From Alphaproteobacteria bacterium (lineage in GTDB: Bacteria; Pseudomonadota; Alphaproteobacteria; SHVZ01), in contig JAYRJL010000004.1 of assembly GCA_041906305.1 (NCBI GenBank), forward strand, positions 264,334 through 328,333: a stretch of 64,000 nt of DNA. Direction: 5' to 3'. Positions 37,258 through 46,849 of this stretch are shown in pieces. The position numbers were made by a program, and so were the translations under genes. The notes under the pieces are model-generated. The model was given only the letters and a program-made list of their open reading frames with translations, had not been told where the DNA came from and ran no database searches. Within the stretch, counting starts at the first letter, position 1, and each line of letters begins with the position of its first letter.

Positions 37258-38193
37258 TTACTTCAGCGGCCGGAACACGCGGATAGAGGTCGCGTTCGGA
37301 TCGCTGCTGATCTTGACTTGTGCCGTTCCGGGATAGAGCGAGCCGTCGGGTCCGATCGACAGCTGATGGGCGGTGACTTCGACACGCCCGATGATGTTCC
37401 CGGTCGCCGGATCGAACTTGTAGATGTTGTTGGGAACCCGGTCCTTGCCCGTCGCCCGGTCGTGGGCGCTGGCATAGACCATGCCGTCGGGGCCGACCGC
37501 GATGCCGAACTGCTGGCCGCCGAAATGCTTCTCGCCGAGATACCTGCCGTCGGGATCGAACCACTGCGCGCGGCCGTTCTCGCGGTCGGCGACATAGACC
37601 GTGCCGTCGTCGGCGGTGGAGATGTCGTGGACGAGATGGAACTCCCCGGGGCCGGTGCCCGGCCTGCCCCATTCGCGCACCTTCCTGCCGTCGGCGGCAT
37701 ACTCGACGACGCGGGCATTGCAGTAGCCGTCGCCGACATAGAAATGCCCGTCCTTCCTGAAGGCGACGCCGATCGCGCCGCAGAACAGCTTGTCGGGGAA
37801 GGGGATGTCGCCGACGCTCACCTCCAGCAGCACGTCGCCCTGCGGCGTGAGCTTCCGTACCATCGAGGTGTGCGCGTCGGCGGTCCAGAGATTGCCTTGG
37901 GGATCGATCTCGATGCCGTGCGGCATTGGGTCCATGCCCTTGCCGAAGGTGCGGAGCACATTGCCCTTGGCATCGATCACCACGATCGGATCCTGCAGCG
38001 TCTCCTTTCGCGGCCGGTGGTAGACGTAGATGTTTCCTTGGCTGTCCGCGGCGCTTGCGCTGATGACGCCGAGCCTCTGCGCCGGCGCGATCTTCACCTC
38101 GACGGAGTCGAAAGGCAGCACGGGCGTCTTGGCGGCCAGCGCGCGCAGCGCCTCGGAATCCACAGACTTGTCGCGCGTCATGGTGCCGGACAT
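37258..38193 (-). CDS. NHL-repeat six-bladed beta-propeller protein (peptidylglycine alpha-amidating lyase-like)
   Basis: Repeated motifs of the form HGIEIDPQGNLWTAD / VYVADRENGRAQWFDPDGRYL typical of NHL repeats. Confidence 0.7.
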   Translation of the reverse strand: MSGTMTRDKSVDSEALRALAAKTPVLPFDSVEVKIAPAQRLGVISASAADSQGNIYVYHRPRKETLQDPIVVIDAKGNVLRTFGKGMDPMPHGIEIDPQGNLWTADAHTSMVRKLTPQGDVLLEVSVGDIPFPDKLFCGAIGVAFRKDGHFYVGDGYCNARVVEYAADGRKVREWGRPGTGPGEFHLVHDISTADDGTVYVADRENGRAQWFDPDGRYLGEKHFGGQQFGIAVGPDGMVYASAHDRATGKDRVPNNIYKFDPATGNIIGRVEVTAHQLSIGPDGSLYPGTAQVKISSDPNATSIRVFRPLK

Positions 38194-38295
38194 CTGATCC
38201 TCCGTTCGGGTCGTCGACGATAGGGCCGGACTGAAGGCATCGGCAACACCTGTTCCGAGAATGCCCGCTTCTGGCTAGAGCAGACGCGCCGACCG

Positions 38296-39561
38296 CTACT
38301 CCTCGCTCTCGAATCCGCGGCCCTTGACCACGGCGTCGCGGCCGAGCTTCGCGCGGACCTGGTCCATCGCGCGTTCAGCCTTGGCGCGCTTGGCGATGCT
38401 GGGATCGATGAGGTCGGCGACGTCGTCACCGTCGAACGGCTTCAGGTGGTCGGCACCGATGCCGATGAGGCGATACTTGGTGCCGTCGGCTTCGCGTTCG
38501 AGCATCGGTAGGGCGGCGCGGTAGAGCCGGTCGGCGAGCTGGGTCGGAGACTCCAGCGCGCGATGGCGCGTGAGGATCTTGAAGCCCGAAGTCTTGAGCT
38601 TGAGCTGGACGCCGCCGCCGGCGAGCTCGGCGCGCTTGAGCCGCCGCGAGACCTTCTCGGCCAGGTGCCAGAGCTCGCGGGAAAGATCCTCGTAGCTCGA
38701 CAGATCGTGGTCGAAGGTGGTCTCGGCCGAGATGCCGACGGCCTCGCGCTCGGGCTCGACCGTGCGGTCGTCCTCGCCGTTGGAGAGCCGCCACAGGCGG
38801 CGTCCCATGCTGCCGTAGCGGCGCATTAGCTCGGTTTCCGGCAGCTCCTGGAGCTGGTGGATCATCGTGATCCCGTCCTGGGCCAGGCGGGTGCGCGTCG
38901 CCTGGCCGACGCCGTAGATCAGTCCGACGGGCTGCGCCGCGAGAAACGTTTTCGCTTCCGCCTTGCCGATCACCGCGAAACCGCGCGGCTTGTCGCGGTC
39001 GGAGGCGATCTTGGCGAGGAACTTGTTGGCGCCGAGACCGACCGAGACGGTGACGCCGATCTCGCGTTCGATCCGGAGCGCCAGCTGCGCCAGCGTGCGG
39101 GCCGGCGGTCCGCCATGCAGGCGTTCGGTGCCGGTCAGGTCTAGGAACGCCTCGTCGATGGAGACGGCTTCGACGAGCGGCGTCGTCTCCAGCATCATTT
39201 CCCGCACCTCGCGGCCAACGCGCGCGTATTTCTCCATGTCGGGGCTGATCACCACGGCATCGGGGCAGGCTTCCAGCGCCTTGAACATCGGCATCGCCGA
39301 ACGCACGCCGTAGATGCGGGCGACATAGCAGGCGGCGGAGACGACGCCGCGGTGCCGCCCGCCGACGATCACCGGCTTGTCGGCGAGCGCCGGATTGTCG
39401 CGCTTCTCGACGCTGGCATAGAAGGCGTCGCAGTCGATATGCGCGAGCGAGAGCGTCTCCAGCTCCTCGTGCGCGACGAGGCGAGGGGAGCCGCAGCTGC
39501 TGCAGCGTCCGCGGCCGTTCAGCTCGGCCGGAAGCTTCAGGCAGTCGCGGCAGAGCCTCAT
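38296..39561 (-). CDS. dinB: DNA polymerase IV with N-terminal Cys4 extension
   Basis: 421 aa from [10 protein letters not shown]...[10 protein letters not shown], then the Y-family core ([13 protein letters not shown] ... [11 protein letters not shown]). The track ORF is a composite with the upstream gene. Confidence 0.9.
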   Translation of the reverse strand: MRLCRDCLKLPAELNGRGRCSSCGSPRLVAHEELETLSLAHIDCDAFYASVEKRDNPALADKPVIVGGRHRGVVSAACYVARIYGVRSAMPMFKALEACPDAVVISPDMEKYARVGREVREMMLETTPLVEAVSIDEAFLDLTGTERLHGGPPARTLAQLALRIEREIGVTVSVGLGANKFLAKIASDRDKPRGFAVIGKAEAKTFLAAQPVGLIYGVGQATRTRLAQDGITMIHQLQELPETELMRRYGSMGRRLWRLSNGEDDRTVEPEREAVGISAETTFDHDLSSYEDLSRELWHLAEKVSRRLKRAELAGGGVQLKLKTSGFKILTRHRALESPTQLADRLYRAALPMLEREADGTKYRLIGIGADHLKPFDGDDVADLIDPSIAKRAKAERAMDQVRAKLGRDAVVKGRGFESEE

Positions 39562-40499
39562 GCGGTTTTCGCGGCGGGCGGCCAAAGCCAGGCGGCACCG
39601 CGCACACCGCTCGCATCGCCATGCTTCGGCGGCACGATGCGGACCGCGACCTGATCGGTGAATACCTCGCGCCGCAGAAGCTTGGGCAGCACGCGATAGA
39701 GGCGCGCGACATTGGAGACGCCGCCGCCGAGAACGATCACCTCGGGATCCACGATGTTGACGACCGTGGCCAGCGCACGGGCGAGCCGTTCCGCATAGCG
39801 GTTCATCGTCGCCAGCGCCGCGGCATCGCCGGCATCGGCTGCCGCCGCGATCTCGCGCGCGGTCAGGTGCCGTCCGGTTGCCGCCTGATGGTCGCGGGCG
39901 AGGGAGGGGCCCGAGAGGAATGTCTCGACGCACCCGCGGCGGCCGCAGTAGCAGAGCGGCCCAGGACGCTCGTCGTCGGTCATGCGCGGCAGCGGGTTGT
40001 GACCCCATTCGCCGGCGATCGCGCTGGCGCCGACGACGGGACGGCCGCCGACGATGAGGCCCCCGCCGACGCCGGTGCCGAGGATCACGCCGAAGACCGG
40101 ATCCGCGCCGGCCGCCGCACCGTCGGTCGCTTCCGAGACGGCGAAGCAGTTGGCGTCGTTGTCGAGCCGGATGGGCCGGTCGAGGCGGCGCTCCAGATCC
40201 TTCGCGAACGGATGCCCGATCAGCCAGGTCGAGTTGGCGTTCTTGACCAGGCCGGTCGCGGGCGACACGGCGCCGGGGATGCCGACGCCGACGGTGCCGG
40301 ATCGGCCGATCTCCCGCTCCAGGTCGAGGACGAGGCCGACGACCGCGTCCAGCGTCGCGGAGTAGGATCCGGTCGGGCTCGCGAGCCGGCGCCCGGCGAG
40401 CACCGCGCCGTCCGCGCCGAGCGCCACGCCCTCGATCTTGGTGCCGCCGAGATCGATGCCGATGCGGGCCTCGGCGCGAGGATTCTCCTGGCGAGACAA
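39558..40499 (-). CDS. ROK family sugar kinase
   Basis: [10 protein letters not shown]-terminal ATPase motif, and the ROK zinc motif CYCGRRGC with EWGH. Start is probably TTG at 40499 after GGAAAAGAAAG; no in-frame ATG nearby. Confidence 0.75.
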   Translation of the reverse strand: MSRQENPRAEARIGIDLGGTKIEGVALGADGAVLAGRRLASPTGSYSATLDAVVGLVLDLEREIGRSGTVGVGIPGAVSPATGLVKNANSTWLIGHPFAKDLERRLDRPIRLDNDANCFAVSEATDGAAAGADPVFGVILGTGVGGGLIVGGRPVVGASAIAGEWGHNPLPRMTDDERPGPLCYCGRRGCVETFLSGPSLARDHQAATGRHLTAREIAAAADAGDAAALATMNRYAERLARALATVVNIVDPEVIVLGGGVSNVARLYRVLPKLLRREVFTDQVAVRIVPPKHGDASGVRGAAWLWPPAAKTA

Positions 40500-40580
40500 T
40501 GCTTTCTTTTCCCCCTGCCTTCGGTAAACTGCGCCTTCGAGCCGTCTCGAACCGGACGTGATCCCCAAGGCCCATAAGCC

Positions 40581-40946
40581 ATGCCTAAGACCGTCATGAT
40601 CGTCGAAGACAATGAGCTCAACATGAAGCTCTTCAACGATCTGCTCGAGGCCAACGGCTACAATATCATTCAAACGCGCGATGGGCTGGAGGCTCTGAAG
40701 CTCGCCCGCCAGCACAAGCCCGACCTGATCCTGATGGACATCCAGCTGCCCGAGGTCTCCGGCCTGGAAGTCACCAAGTGGATCAAGGAAGACGACAACC
40801 TCAAATCCATCCCGATCATCGCGGTCACCGCCTTCGCGATGAAAGGCGACGAGGAGAAGATCCGCGAAGGCGGATGCGAGGCCTACATCGCCAAGCCGAT
40901 CTCCGTCGCGACATTCCTGCAGACGGTCCAGCGCTTCCTCCAGTAG
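40581..40946 (+). CDS. divK: single-domain response regulator DivK
   Basis: 121-aa stand-alone receiver ([18 protein letters not shown] ... [10 protein letters not shown]), immediately followed by pleD. Confidence 0.85.
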   Translation: MPKTVMIVEDNELNMKLFNDLLEANGYNIIQTRDGLEALKLARQHKPDLILMDIQLPEVSGLEVTKWIKEDDNLKSIPIIAVTAFAMKGDEEKIREGGCEAYIAKPISVATFLQTVQRFLQ

Positions 40947-40955
40947 GGCCGCGAC

Positions 40956-42413
40956 ATGCCCGGCCGCATCCTGGTCGTCGACGACATTCCGGCGAACGTC
41001 CGGTTGCTGGAGGCCAAGCTCGCCAGCGAATACTTCGACGTCATCACCGCCTCTTCCGGACCGCAGGCGATCGAGGTCGCGCGCGCCGAGGCGCCGGACA
41101 TCGTGCTGCTCGACGTGATGATGCCGGGGATGGACGGCTTCGAGGTCTGCCGCCACCTCAAGGCCGACCCGCAGACGACCCACATCCCCGTGGTGATGGT
41201 CACGGCGCTCTCCGACGTCTCCGACCGGGTGAGGGGACTCGAGGCCGGCGCCGACGACTTCCTGACCAAGCCGGTGCGCGACGTGGCGCTGTTCGCGCGC
41301 GTCCGCTCGCTGATCCGCCTCAAGATGGTCATGGACGAGTGGCGGCTGCGCCAGCAGACGTCCAGCGAGCTCGGCATCGTTCCGCCGACCGCGACGCCGG
41401 AGCACGAGAGCTATCACCACGCCCGCATCCTGATCTGCGAGGCGAGCGCGATCGAGACCGCCAATCTCCAGGAAGTGCTGGCGCGCGACGGGCACGAGTT
41501 GCAGGTCGCGGCGACGATCCCGGAGAGCCAGAAGCTGGCGGGCGGGAGCGAGTTCGATCTCGTGATCGTCGACCTGGCGCTCGGCGACGACGAGGCGCTG
41601 CGTCTCTGCTCGCATCTCCGCGCCCAGGAGAAGACGCGCCAGACGCCGATCCTGCTGATCGCGGAAGAGGACCAGACCGCCAAGCTGGCGAAGAGCCTGG
41701 ACCTCGGCGTCAACGACTACCTGATGCAGCCGGTCGACCGGAACGAGCTGCTGGCGCGCGTGCGGACCCAGATCCGCCGCCGGCGCTTCCAGGACCGGCT
41801 CCGTACGTCGTACCAGCAGAGCCTGTCGATGGCGCTGACCGACCAGCTGACCGGGCTCTACAACCGCAACTACCTGATGACCCACCTGTCGGGGCTGATG
41901 CAGCGGACGATCGCGTCCGGCAAGGCGCTGGCCCTGGCGATGATCGACGTCGACACCTTCAAGCAGGTGAACGACACCCACGGGCACGCCGCCGGCGACG
42001 AGGTGCTGGCCGAGCTCGCCCAGCGCATGACGCATTTCACGCGCAACTTCGACACCGTCGCCCGCTTCGGCGGCGAGGAGTTCGTCGTGGTCATGCCGGA
42101 CATCACGCCGGAGCTGGCGATGCTGGTCGCCGAGCGCCTTCGGCTCAGGGTGGCCGACTCGCCGATGAAGCTGAAGAACGGTCTGTCGCTGCCGATCACG
42201 ATCTCGATCGGCGTCGCGGTCTCACGCAACCAGGGCGACCGGGCGGAGGATCTGCTGAGCCGCGCCGACCAGGCGCTCTATGCCGCCAAGCACCAGGGGC
42301 GCAACCGCGTGGTGCTCGCAAACGACGACGCCGGGGCTGTGACCCCGGCGGCGGAAATCGTCGGCCTCAAGGAGAGGGCCGAAAAGCTGGACGCGAGAGC
42401 GGAGCCTATTTGA
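40956..42413 (+). CDS. pleD: response regulator PleD (REC-REC-GGDEF diguanylate cyclase)
   Basis: Two receiver domains plus a GGEEF active-site motif ([11 protein letters not shown]). Confidence 0.9.
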   Translation: MPGRILVVDDIPANVRLLEAKLASEYFDVITASSGPQAIEVARAEAPDIVLLDVMMPGMDGFEVCRHLKADPQTTHIPVVMVTALSDVSDRVRGLEAGADDFLTKPVRDVALFARVRSLIRLKMVMDEWRLRQQTSSELGIVPPTATPEHESYHHARILICEASAIETANLQEVLARDGHELQVAATIPESQKLAGGSEFDLVIVDLALGDDEALRLCSHLRAQEKTRQTPILLIAEEDQTAKLAKSLDLGVNDYLMQPVDRNELLARVRTQIRRRRFQDRLRTSYQQSLSMALTDQLTGLYNRNYLMTHLSGLMQRTIASGKALALAMIDVDTFKQVNDTHGHAAGDEVLAELAQRMTHFTRNFDTVARFGGEEFVVVMPDITPELAMLVAERLRLRVADSPMKLKNGLSLPITISIGVAVSRNQGDRAEDLLSRADQALYAAKHQGRNRVVLANDDAGAVTPAAEIVGLKERAEKLDARAEPI

Positions 42414-42573
42414 TCTTGGCTTCGCGGAAGGTCACGTGCTTCCGCGTGACCGGATCGTACTTCCGCATTTCCATCTTCTCCGTGGTCTTCCGCGGATTCT
42501 TGCTGGTCACGTAGTAGAAACCGGTGTTCTCGCTCGACACGAGTTTGATGGTGATGGTGCTCGGCTTGGCCAT
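42406..42573 (-). CDS. rpmG: 50S ribosomal protein L33
   Basis: Reverse complement translates to [55 protein letters not shown] (55 aa). Absent from the ORF track, presumably because of its length cutoff. Overlaps the pleD stop by 8 nt, convergent. Confidence 0.9.
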   Translation of the reverse strand: MAKPSTITIKLVSSENTGFYYVTSKNPRKTTEKMEMRKYDPVTRKHVTFREAKIK

Positions 42574-42637
42574 GGCGCGCTCGCAGGCTTGAAAGGTCGG
42601 GGAGAGATAGAGGCCGGAGAGAGCCCCGTCAAGCGGC

Positions 42638-43201
42638 TCAGGCCCGGATGTCGACGACGCTTCTGCCAGACGGGGTCGGCGTTCCGCCGGAGGCCGAGGC
42701 GCCGCCGCCCCGGATCTTGGCCTCGAGGTCGGCCAGCGCCCGTTCGGTCTGGCGGATGTCGGCCTCCGCCTGGCGCTTGATCGAGGGGTCGCTCGGCTGG
42801 CCGTAGGGCTGGACCAGTGCCACCTGGGCCCGGACCAGCGCCAGCTTCAGCTGCTTGTAGAGGTTCTGGGCCTGCTCGCCGGAAACGGCGGGCGGCAGCG
42901 GCTGCTGGCCTTCCGGCGTCTTGGTCGTCTGGCCCTGGTCGAGGCCGGAATGGATGCTGTTGGCGAGAAGGCGCGTCTCGCGCGCGACCCGCTGGGCGGC
43001 GCGGACATCCCCGGTGGCGGCGGCGCTGCCGGCGGCGACCAGCAGGCCGGGCAGCTTGATCTTGGCGCTGTCCACGGCCTCCTTTGCGGACAGACCCTGA
43101 GGCGTCGCGCGCCCGGCGGCGGCAACGGCCTTCAAGGTATCCAGCGTCTTCGCCTGGGTCTCCGTCAGGACGGGACCGAGGCTCGGGGGCACGGTGACCA
43201 T
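42638..43201 (-). CDS. hypothetical Ala-rich protein, paralog A of a tandem pair
   Basis: 187 aa, MVTVPPS... ...SVVDIRA. GAGGAG Shine-Dalgarno. Shares an N-terminal MVT-P, a central KLxxLxxAAGxAxATGD and a C-terminal DV-A with the adjacent gene. Confidence 0.6.
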   Translation of the reverse strand: MVTVPPSLGPVLTETQAKTLDTLKAVAAAGRATPQGLSAKEAVDSAKIKLPGLLVAAGSAAATGDVRAAQRVARETRLLANSIHSGLDQGQTTKTPEGQQPLPPAVSGEQAQNLYKQLKLALVRAQVALVQPYGQPSDPSIKRQAEADIRQTERALADLEAKIRGGGASASGGTPTPSGRSVVDIRA

Positions 43202-43271
43202 TGCTCCTCTCTAGATCCGCCCGAAGGTAGAAGAGCCCATGGGCGGGCGCAAATCTGTGATCGCGCTCACG

Positions 43272-43895
43272 TCACGCATCCACGTCGATCATATGCCCGG
43301 CCGGCTGGGCGGACAGGGAGCCCGAGAGCGACTGGAGTTCCTTCTCGCCGTCGCGCAACGCCCTTTCGACTTCCTTGATCTCGTCGGGCGAGGCACCGCG
43401 GATCCGCGCCGCGACAACCGCGAGCCTCAGCTTGTCGACGACCTTCTTCAGTTCCTTCACCAGCTCCTTGCCGCCTTCGCGCGCCTGATCCAGATCGGTG
43501 CCGGATCGCTCGGTCGGCTGGGGTTTATCGCCAGGCTGAGCCGAGGCGTCCTTGAGGAGACCCGCGTCCTTGAGCGCCTGGGTCAGTTCCTTGGTCAGGG
43601 CGCGGACCTCGCGGATCGCCGAGCGCGCGAACCCCAGGTCGCCGGTCGCCGACGCGGCACCGGCCGCGAGCTTGATCGCCTCCAGCTTGCTGCGGAGAAA
43701 GTCGACCTTCGCGGCGGCCGCCTTCTTCGGCGCCTCCTTCATCTCGGCGTGGACATTGTCGAGCGTGGCGAGCGCATCGGCCTGCGCGCGCGTCGGCACC
43801 GGCCGATGCTTCAAGCGGTCGAGCGCGAGGGCGGCGACGGAAGACGTCGCAAAATCGGTCGGGGTACTTAAGGCGGGTCCGGGAAGGGTGACCAT
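43272..43895 (-). CDS. hypothetical Ala/Lys-rich protein, paralog B of a tandem pair
   Basis: 207 aa, MVTLPGP... ...HMIDVDA. Clear block similarity to paralog A. Confidence 0.6.
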   Translation of the reverse strand: MVTLPGPALSTPTDFATSSVAALALDRLKHRPVPTRAQADALATLDNVHAEMKEAPKKAAAAKVDFLRSKLEAIKLAAGAASATGDLGFARSAIREVRALTKELTQALKDAGLLKDASAQPGDKPQPTERSGTDLDQAREGGKELVKELKKVVDKLRLAVVAARIRGASPDEIKEVERALRDGEKELQSLSGSLSAQPAGHMIDVDA

Positions 43896-44009
43896 TTTGG
43901 TCCTCCAGCCGAATCGAAGAGCCGCTTTTGGCTCCTACATATGCGTAAGGATAAACATCCGGCGAGCCTTGCGCAAGGGGCTCGCCGGATATTTGTTTAA
44001 AGTCCAGGG

Positions 44010-45569
44010 TTAAGGCGTGAGCGCGACCTGTCCCTGGCGCGAGGCGAGGGCAAAAAGGCCACTCTCCTCAAGCAGTTGCTGGGCGACGCGCACCTCGAAA
44101 TCGGACTCGGCCGACTTCGTCGGGCAGGCCTTGCGGGCCGCCTCGGCTCCTGCGACTTCGCCCTGCCGGATGAAGGTGGCGCGCTGGGCATAGGCCTGGC
44201 CGATCTCCGGCGCATTTCGGCGCAGGTCGGCGATCAGCGCAGCAGGATCGCCGGCATGGTGGCTGGTGCAGACGCTCGGCAGCACGCCGATCTTGTGCCA
44301 GGCCTGACCCGAGGGGCCCTGCATCCGCGCCCAGGTGATGGTCATCTCGCCGTCGTTCGGCAGGCGCATGACCGTCTGGACGCTGCCCTTGCCGTAGGAG
44401 GTCGAGCCGATCACCACCGCACGGTGGTTGTCCTGCAGCGCCGCCGCGACGATCTCGGCCGCGGAAGCGGATCCGCCGTTGATCAGGACGACCATCGGCA
44501 GGCCATGGGTGATGTCGCCGTCGGTCGCGCGATAGCTCTGCTTCGCCCGCGGATGGCGGCCCTCGGTCGCGAGAATGGTTCCCTCGTTGAGGAAGAGGTC
44601 GGAGACGTAGACCGCCTGGTCGAGAAGCCCGCCGGGATTTCCGCGCAGGTCCAGGATCAGCCCCTTGAGGCCGGGGCCGTGGTTCTTCATCGCGGTATCG
44701 ACGGCTTCCTCGACCTGCTTGGCCGTCCGCTGATTGAACCCGGTGACACGGATATGGGCCGCTCCGCCCTCGTGCTTGACCAGGACGGTCGCGGGCACGA
44801 TGCGCGAGCGCTTGAGCGCCATGTCGAACTGCTTGCCGTCCCGTTCGATCACCAGCTTGATGGTCGAGTCGATCGGGCCGCGCAGCTTGTCCAGTACGTC
44901 CGGCGACGGCATGCCGGACAGCGTGGCGCCGTCGGCCGCGACGATGCGGTCGCCGTCGCGAAGGCCGGCGCGGGAGGCCGGGGTCTCCGGCATGACCGAG
45001 GAGACGGCGACGCCGGTCTCGTCGATCTTGAGGGTCACGCCGATGCCGCCGAAGCCCTCGCGGCTGGCCCGGGACTGGCGCGCCGCATCGGCCGAGGAGT
45101 AGCGCGAGAACGCGTCGAGGTCGGCGAGCTCGGCCTCGAACACCGCTTTGTAAATCGCCTCCGAGGAGGCGTCCTTGAGCGGCGCGAAATGGAGGCGGCT
45201 CTCGGCCACGACGTCGGAGGTGAAGCGGGCCCAGCGGTTCGGGTCGTCCCCGGTCGGGAGCGCGATCGGCCGGGTGTCCGTCTTGCCGTAGGTCAGCCGG
45301 ATCTGGCGGTCGTCGGCGGAGAAGGCGAAGGCGGGGTCGAGGGTCTTCAGACCGTTCAGCCCATGCAGGGCCAGCTTCCGCATGTCGACGCGGTCGATGT
45401 AGTAGTCGGACAGACCGTCATATCCGACGCCGAAGACGTCGCGGGCACGGTCGAGGCCGGCGTTCTGGGGAACCTGATCGGACGAGGAGGCGCAGCCGGC
45501 GCTGAGGAGGAGGGCGAGCACGGTGCCGGCGCGGCCGGCGCTTTGAAGGCGGTGCGTAGTCAGTTTCAT
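44010..45569 (-). CDS. ctpA: S41 family C-terminal processing peptidase (CtpA/Prc-like) lipoprotein
   Basis: Lipobox LLSAGCAS, a PDZ domain (GIGVTLKIDETGVAVSSVMPETPASRAGLRDGDRIVA), and the catalytic Ser/Lys region (GGSASAAE ... K). Start MKLTTHRLQ at 45569. Confidence 0.85.
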   Translation of the reverse strand: MKLTTHRLQSAGRAGTVLALLLSAGCASSSDQVPQNAGLDRARDVFGVGYDGLSDYYIDRVDMRKLALHGLNGLKTLDPAFAFSADDRQIRLTYGKTDTRPIALPTGDDPNRWARFTSDVVAESRLHFAPLKDASSEAIYKAVFEAELADLDAFSRYSSADAARQSRASREGFGGIGVTLKIDETGVAVSSVMPETPASRAGLRDGDRIVAADGATLSGMPSPDVLDKLRGPIDSTIKLVIERDGKQFDMALKRSRIVPATVLVKHEGGAAHIRVTGFNQRTAKQVEEAVDTAMKNHGPGLKGLILDLRGNPGGLLDQAVYVSDLFLNEGTILATEGRHPRAKQSYRATDGDITHGLPMVVLINGGSASAAEIVAAALQDNHRAVVIGSTSYGKGSVQTVMRLPNDGEMTITWARMQGPSGQAWHKIGVLPSVCTSHHAGDPAALIADLRRNAPEIGQAYAQRATFIRQGEVAGAEAARKACPTKSAESDFEVRVAQQLLEESGLFALASRQGQVALTP

Positions 45570-45711
45570 CCGAAGGGCGTCCGATCTACTCAAGAGGGCC
45601 ATCGGGGATAAGCATGGAATGTGCCGATTTGCGGTGCAAAAATCTAGTAAGTTGCTTCCAAAATCGTGAAGCTTCGGAACTTTTCGGTGATTTTCTGTAA
45701 GTCACGGACCG

Positions 45712-46278
45712 ATGCCTGACCTCCCGAGCATTGCCGAATTGCGCGAGCGAGTCGCGAGCGCGGTATTGGGGGAAGTTCTGACCTACTGGTCGAGCTTCTA
45801 TGATCGCGGCGTGCTTCCCGCCTTCGACGACGTCGAACCGTGGCAGATCAAGAAGGCCCTTCCTTATGTCTGGATCTGGCGGCGGGAGGTCGAGGCGGAC
45901 CGTTTTTTCTGCCGGGTCTGCGGGGAGCATGTGAACTACATCTTCGGCCGCAATCTCTCCGGCAAGTCCTGCGAGGAGGCGATGCCGTCTGAGATGGCGG
46001 CCGAGGCACAGGCGCGCTGGCGGCGCCTGATCGACGACCGGCTGGCCCATCACCTGACCGGCTGCGTCTACAGCTACGTCGGTCAGCGCGTGATGGGCGA
46101 GCGCCTGATCCTGCCTCTGGCCCCCTCGAGGAACGATCGTGGCGGCGTGCTGGGCGTGACGGACGCCTCCCAGCCGACGCTCCGCCTCGACTCGCCGGTC
46201 GACCCGTCGAAGTTCATCGGCATCGGGGCCGGCGAGCGACACGACTACGACGCCGATCCGGCCCGCGCCAATGACTGA
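45712..46278 (+). CDS. PAS_5 (PF07310-like) alphaproteobacterial PAS-fold protein, paralog 1
   Basis: 188 aa; motif YW..F...GVLPAFDDVEPWQIKKALPYVWIW ... DRFFCRVCGEHVN. Confidence 0.6.
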   Translation: MPDLPSIAELRERVASAVLGEVLTYWSSFYDRGVLPAFDDVEPWQIKKALPYVWIWRREVEADRFFCRVCGEHVNYIFGRNLSGKSCEEAMPSEMAAEAQARWRRLIDDRLAHHLTGCVYSYVGQRVMGERLILPLAPSRNDRGGVLGVTDASQPTLRLDSPVDPSKFIGIGAGERHDYDADPARAND

Positions 46279-46849
46279 GAAGCTTCCCTCGGTCGCGGAG
46301 ATCGCCGGCGGCATACGCAGCCCGGCCGTCCGCGCCGTCTATGACTTCTGGATGTCCTTCTGGACCAGAGGTGTTCTCCCGTCTTTCGACGACGTCGATC
46401 CGGGTGCGATCAGGGAGGCGTTGCCTTACCTCTGGGTGATCAAGTACGAGCGGGCGGACGACCGTTTCAGCTATCGCATAGTCGGCGAAGAGGTGAACCG
46501 CTTCTTTCGCCGCAACATGTCTGGCGCGCAGGTCGATGCGATGCCCGTCGACCTCGCCGACGTCTTCAAAGGACGGTGCCGTCGCGTGGCCGAGAACCGC
46601 CAGGCGCTGCACCTGGTGGGCAAGATCTATCGGCTGGTCGGCTACGACGCCTTCGGCGAGAGGATGTACCTGCCGCTCGCGCCCTCGCGCAGCGACGACG
46701 GCGGCGTCCTCGGCGTCACCGACGCACGCGGGCATTTCGTCGACGAGAAGATCCTCCAGGACACCGGTGGCAACATCGTCGCTATCCGCGACGGCTCTTA
46801 CCAGGTCTACGACGCGGCGCCCCGGAGCGAGTCTCAGGGCGGCGCTTGA
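46271..46849 (+). CDS. PAS_5 (PF07310-like) protein, paralog 2, translationally coupled to paralog 1
   Basis: 192 aa. ATGACTGA overlap with the upstream paralog. Same motif set (FW.SFWTRGVLPSFDDVDPGAIREALPYLWVI ... DRFSYRIVGEEVN). Confidence 0.6.
   Translation: MTEKLPSVAEIAGGIRSPAVRAVYDFWMSFWTRGVLPSFDDVDPGAIREALPYLWVIKYERADDRFSYRIVGEEVNRFFRRNMSGAQVDAMPVDLADVFKGRCRRVAENRQALHLVGKIYRLVGYDAFGERMYLPLAPSRSDDGGVLGVTDARGHFVDEKILQDTGGNIVAIRDGSYQVYDAAPRSESQGGA

Noticed and set aside
40503-40580. CtrA box (TTAA-N7-TTAA) search upstream of divK and in other promoters
   Set aside because: No full match found by eye.
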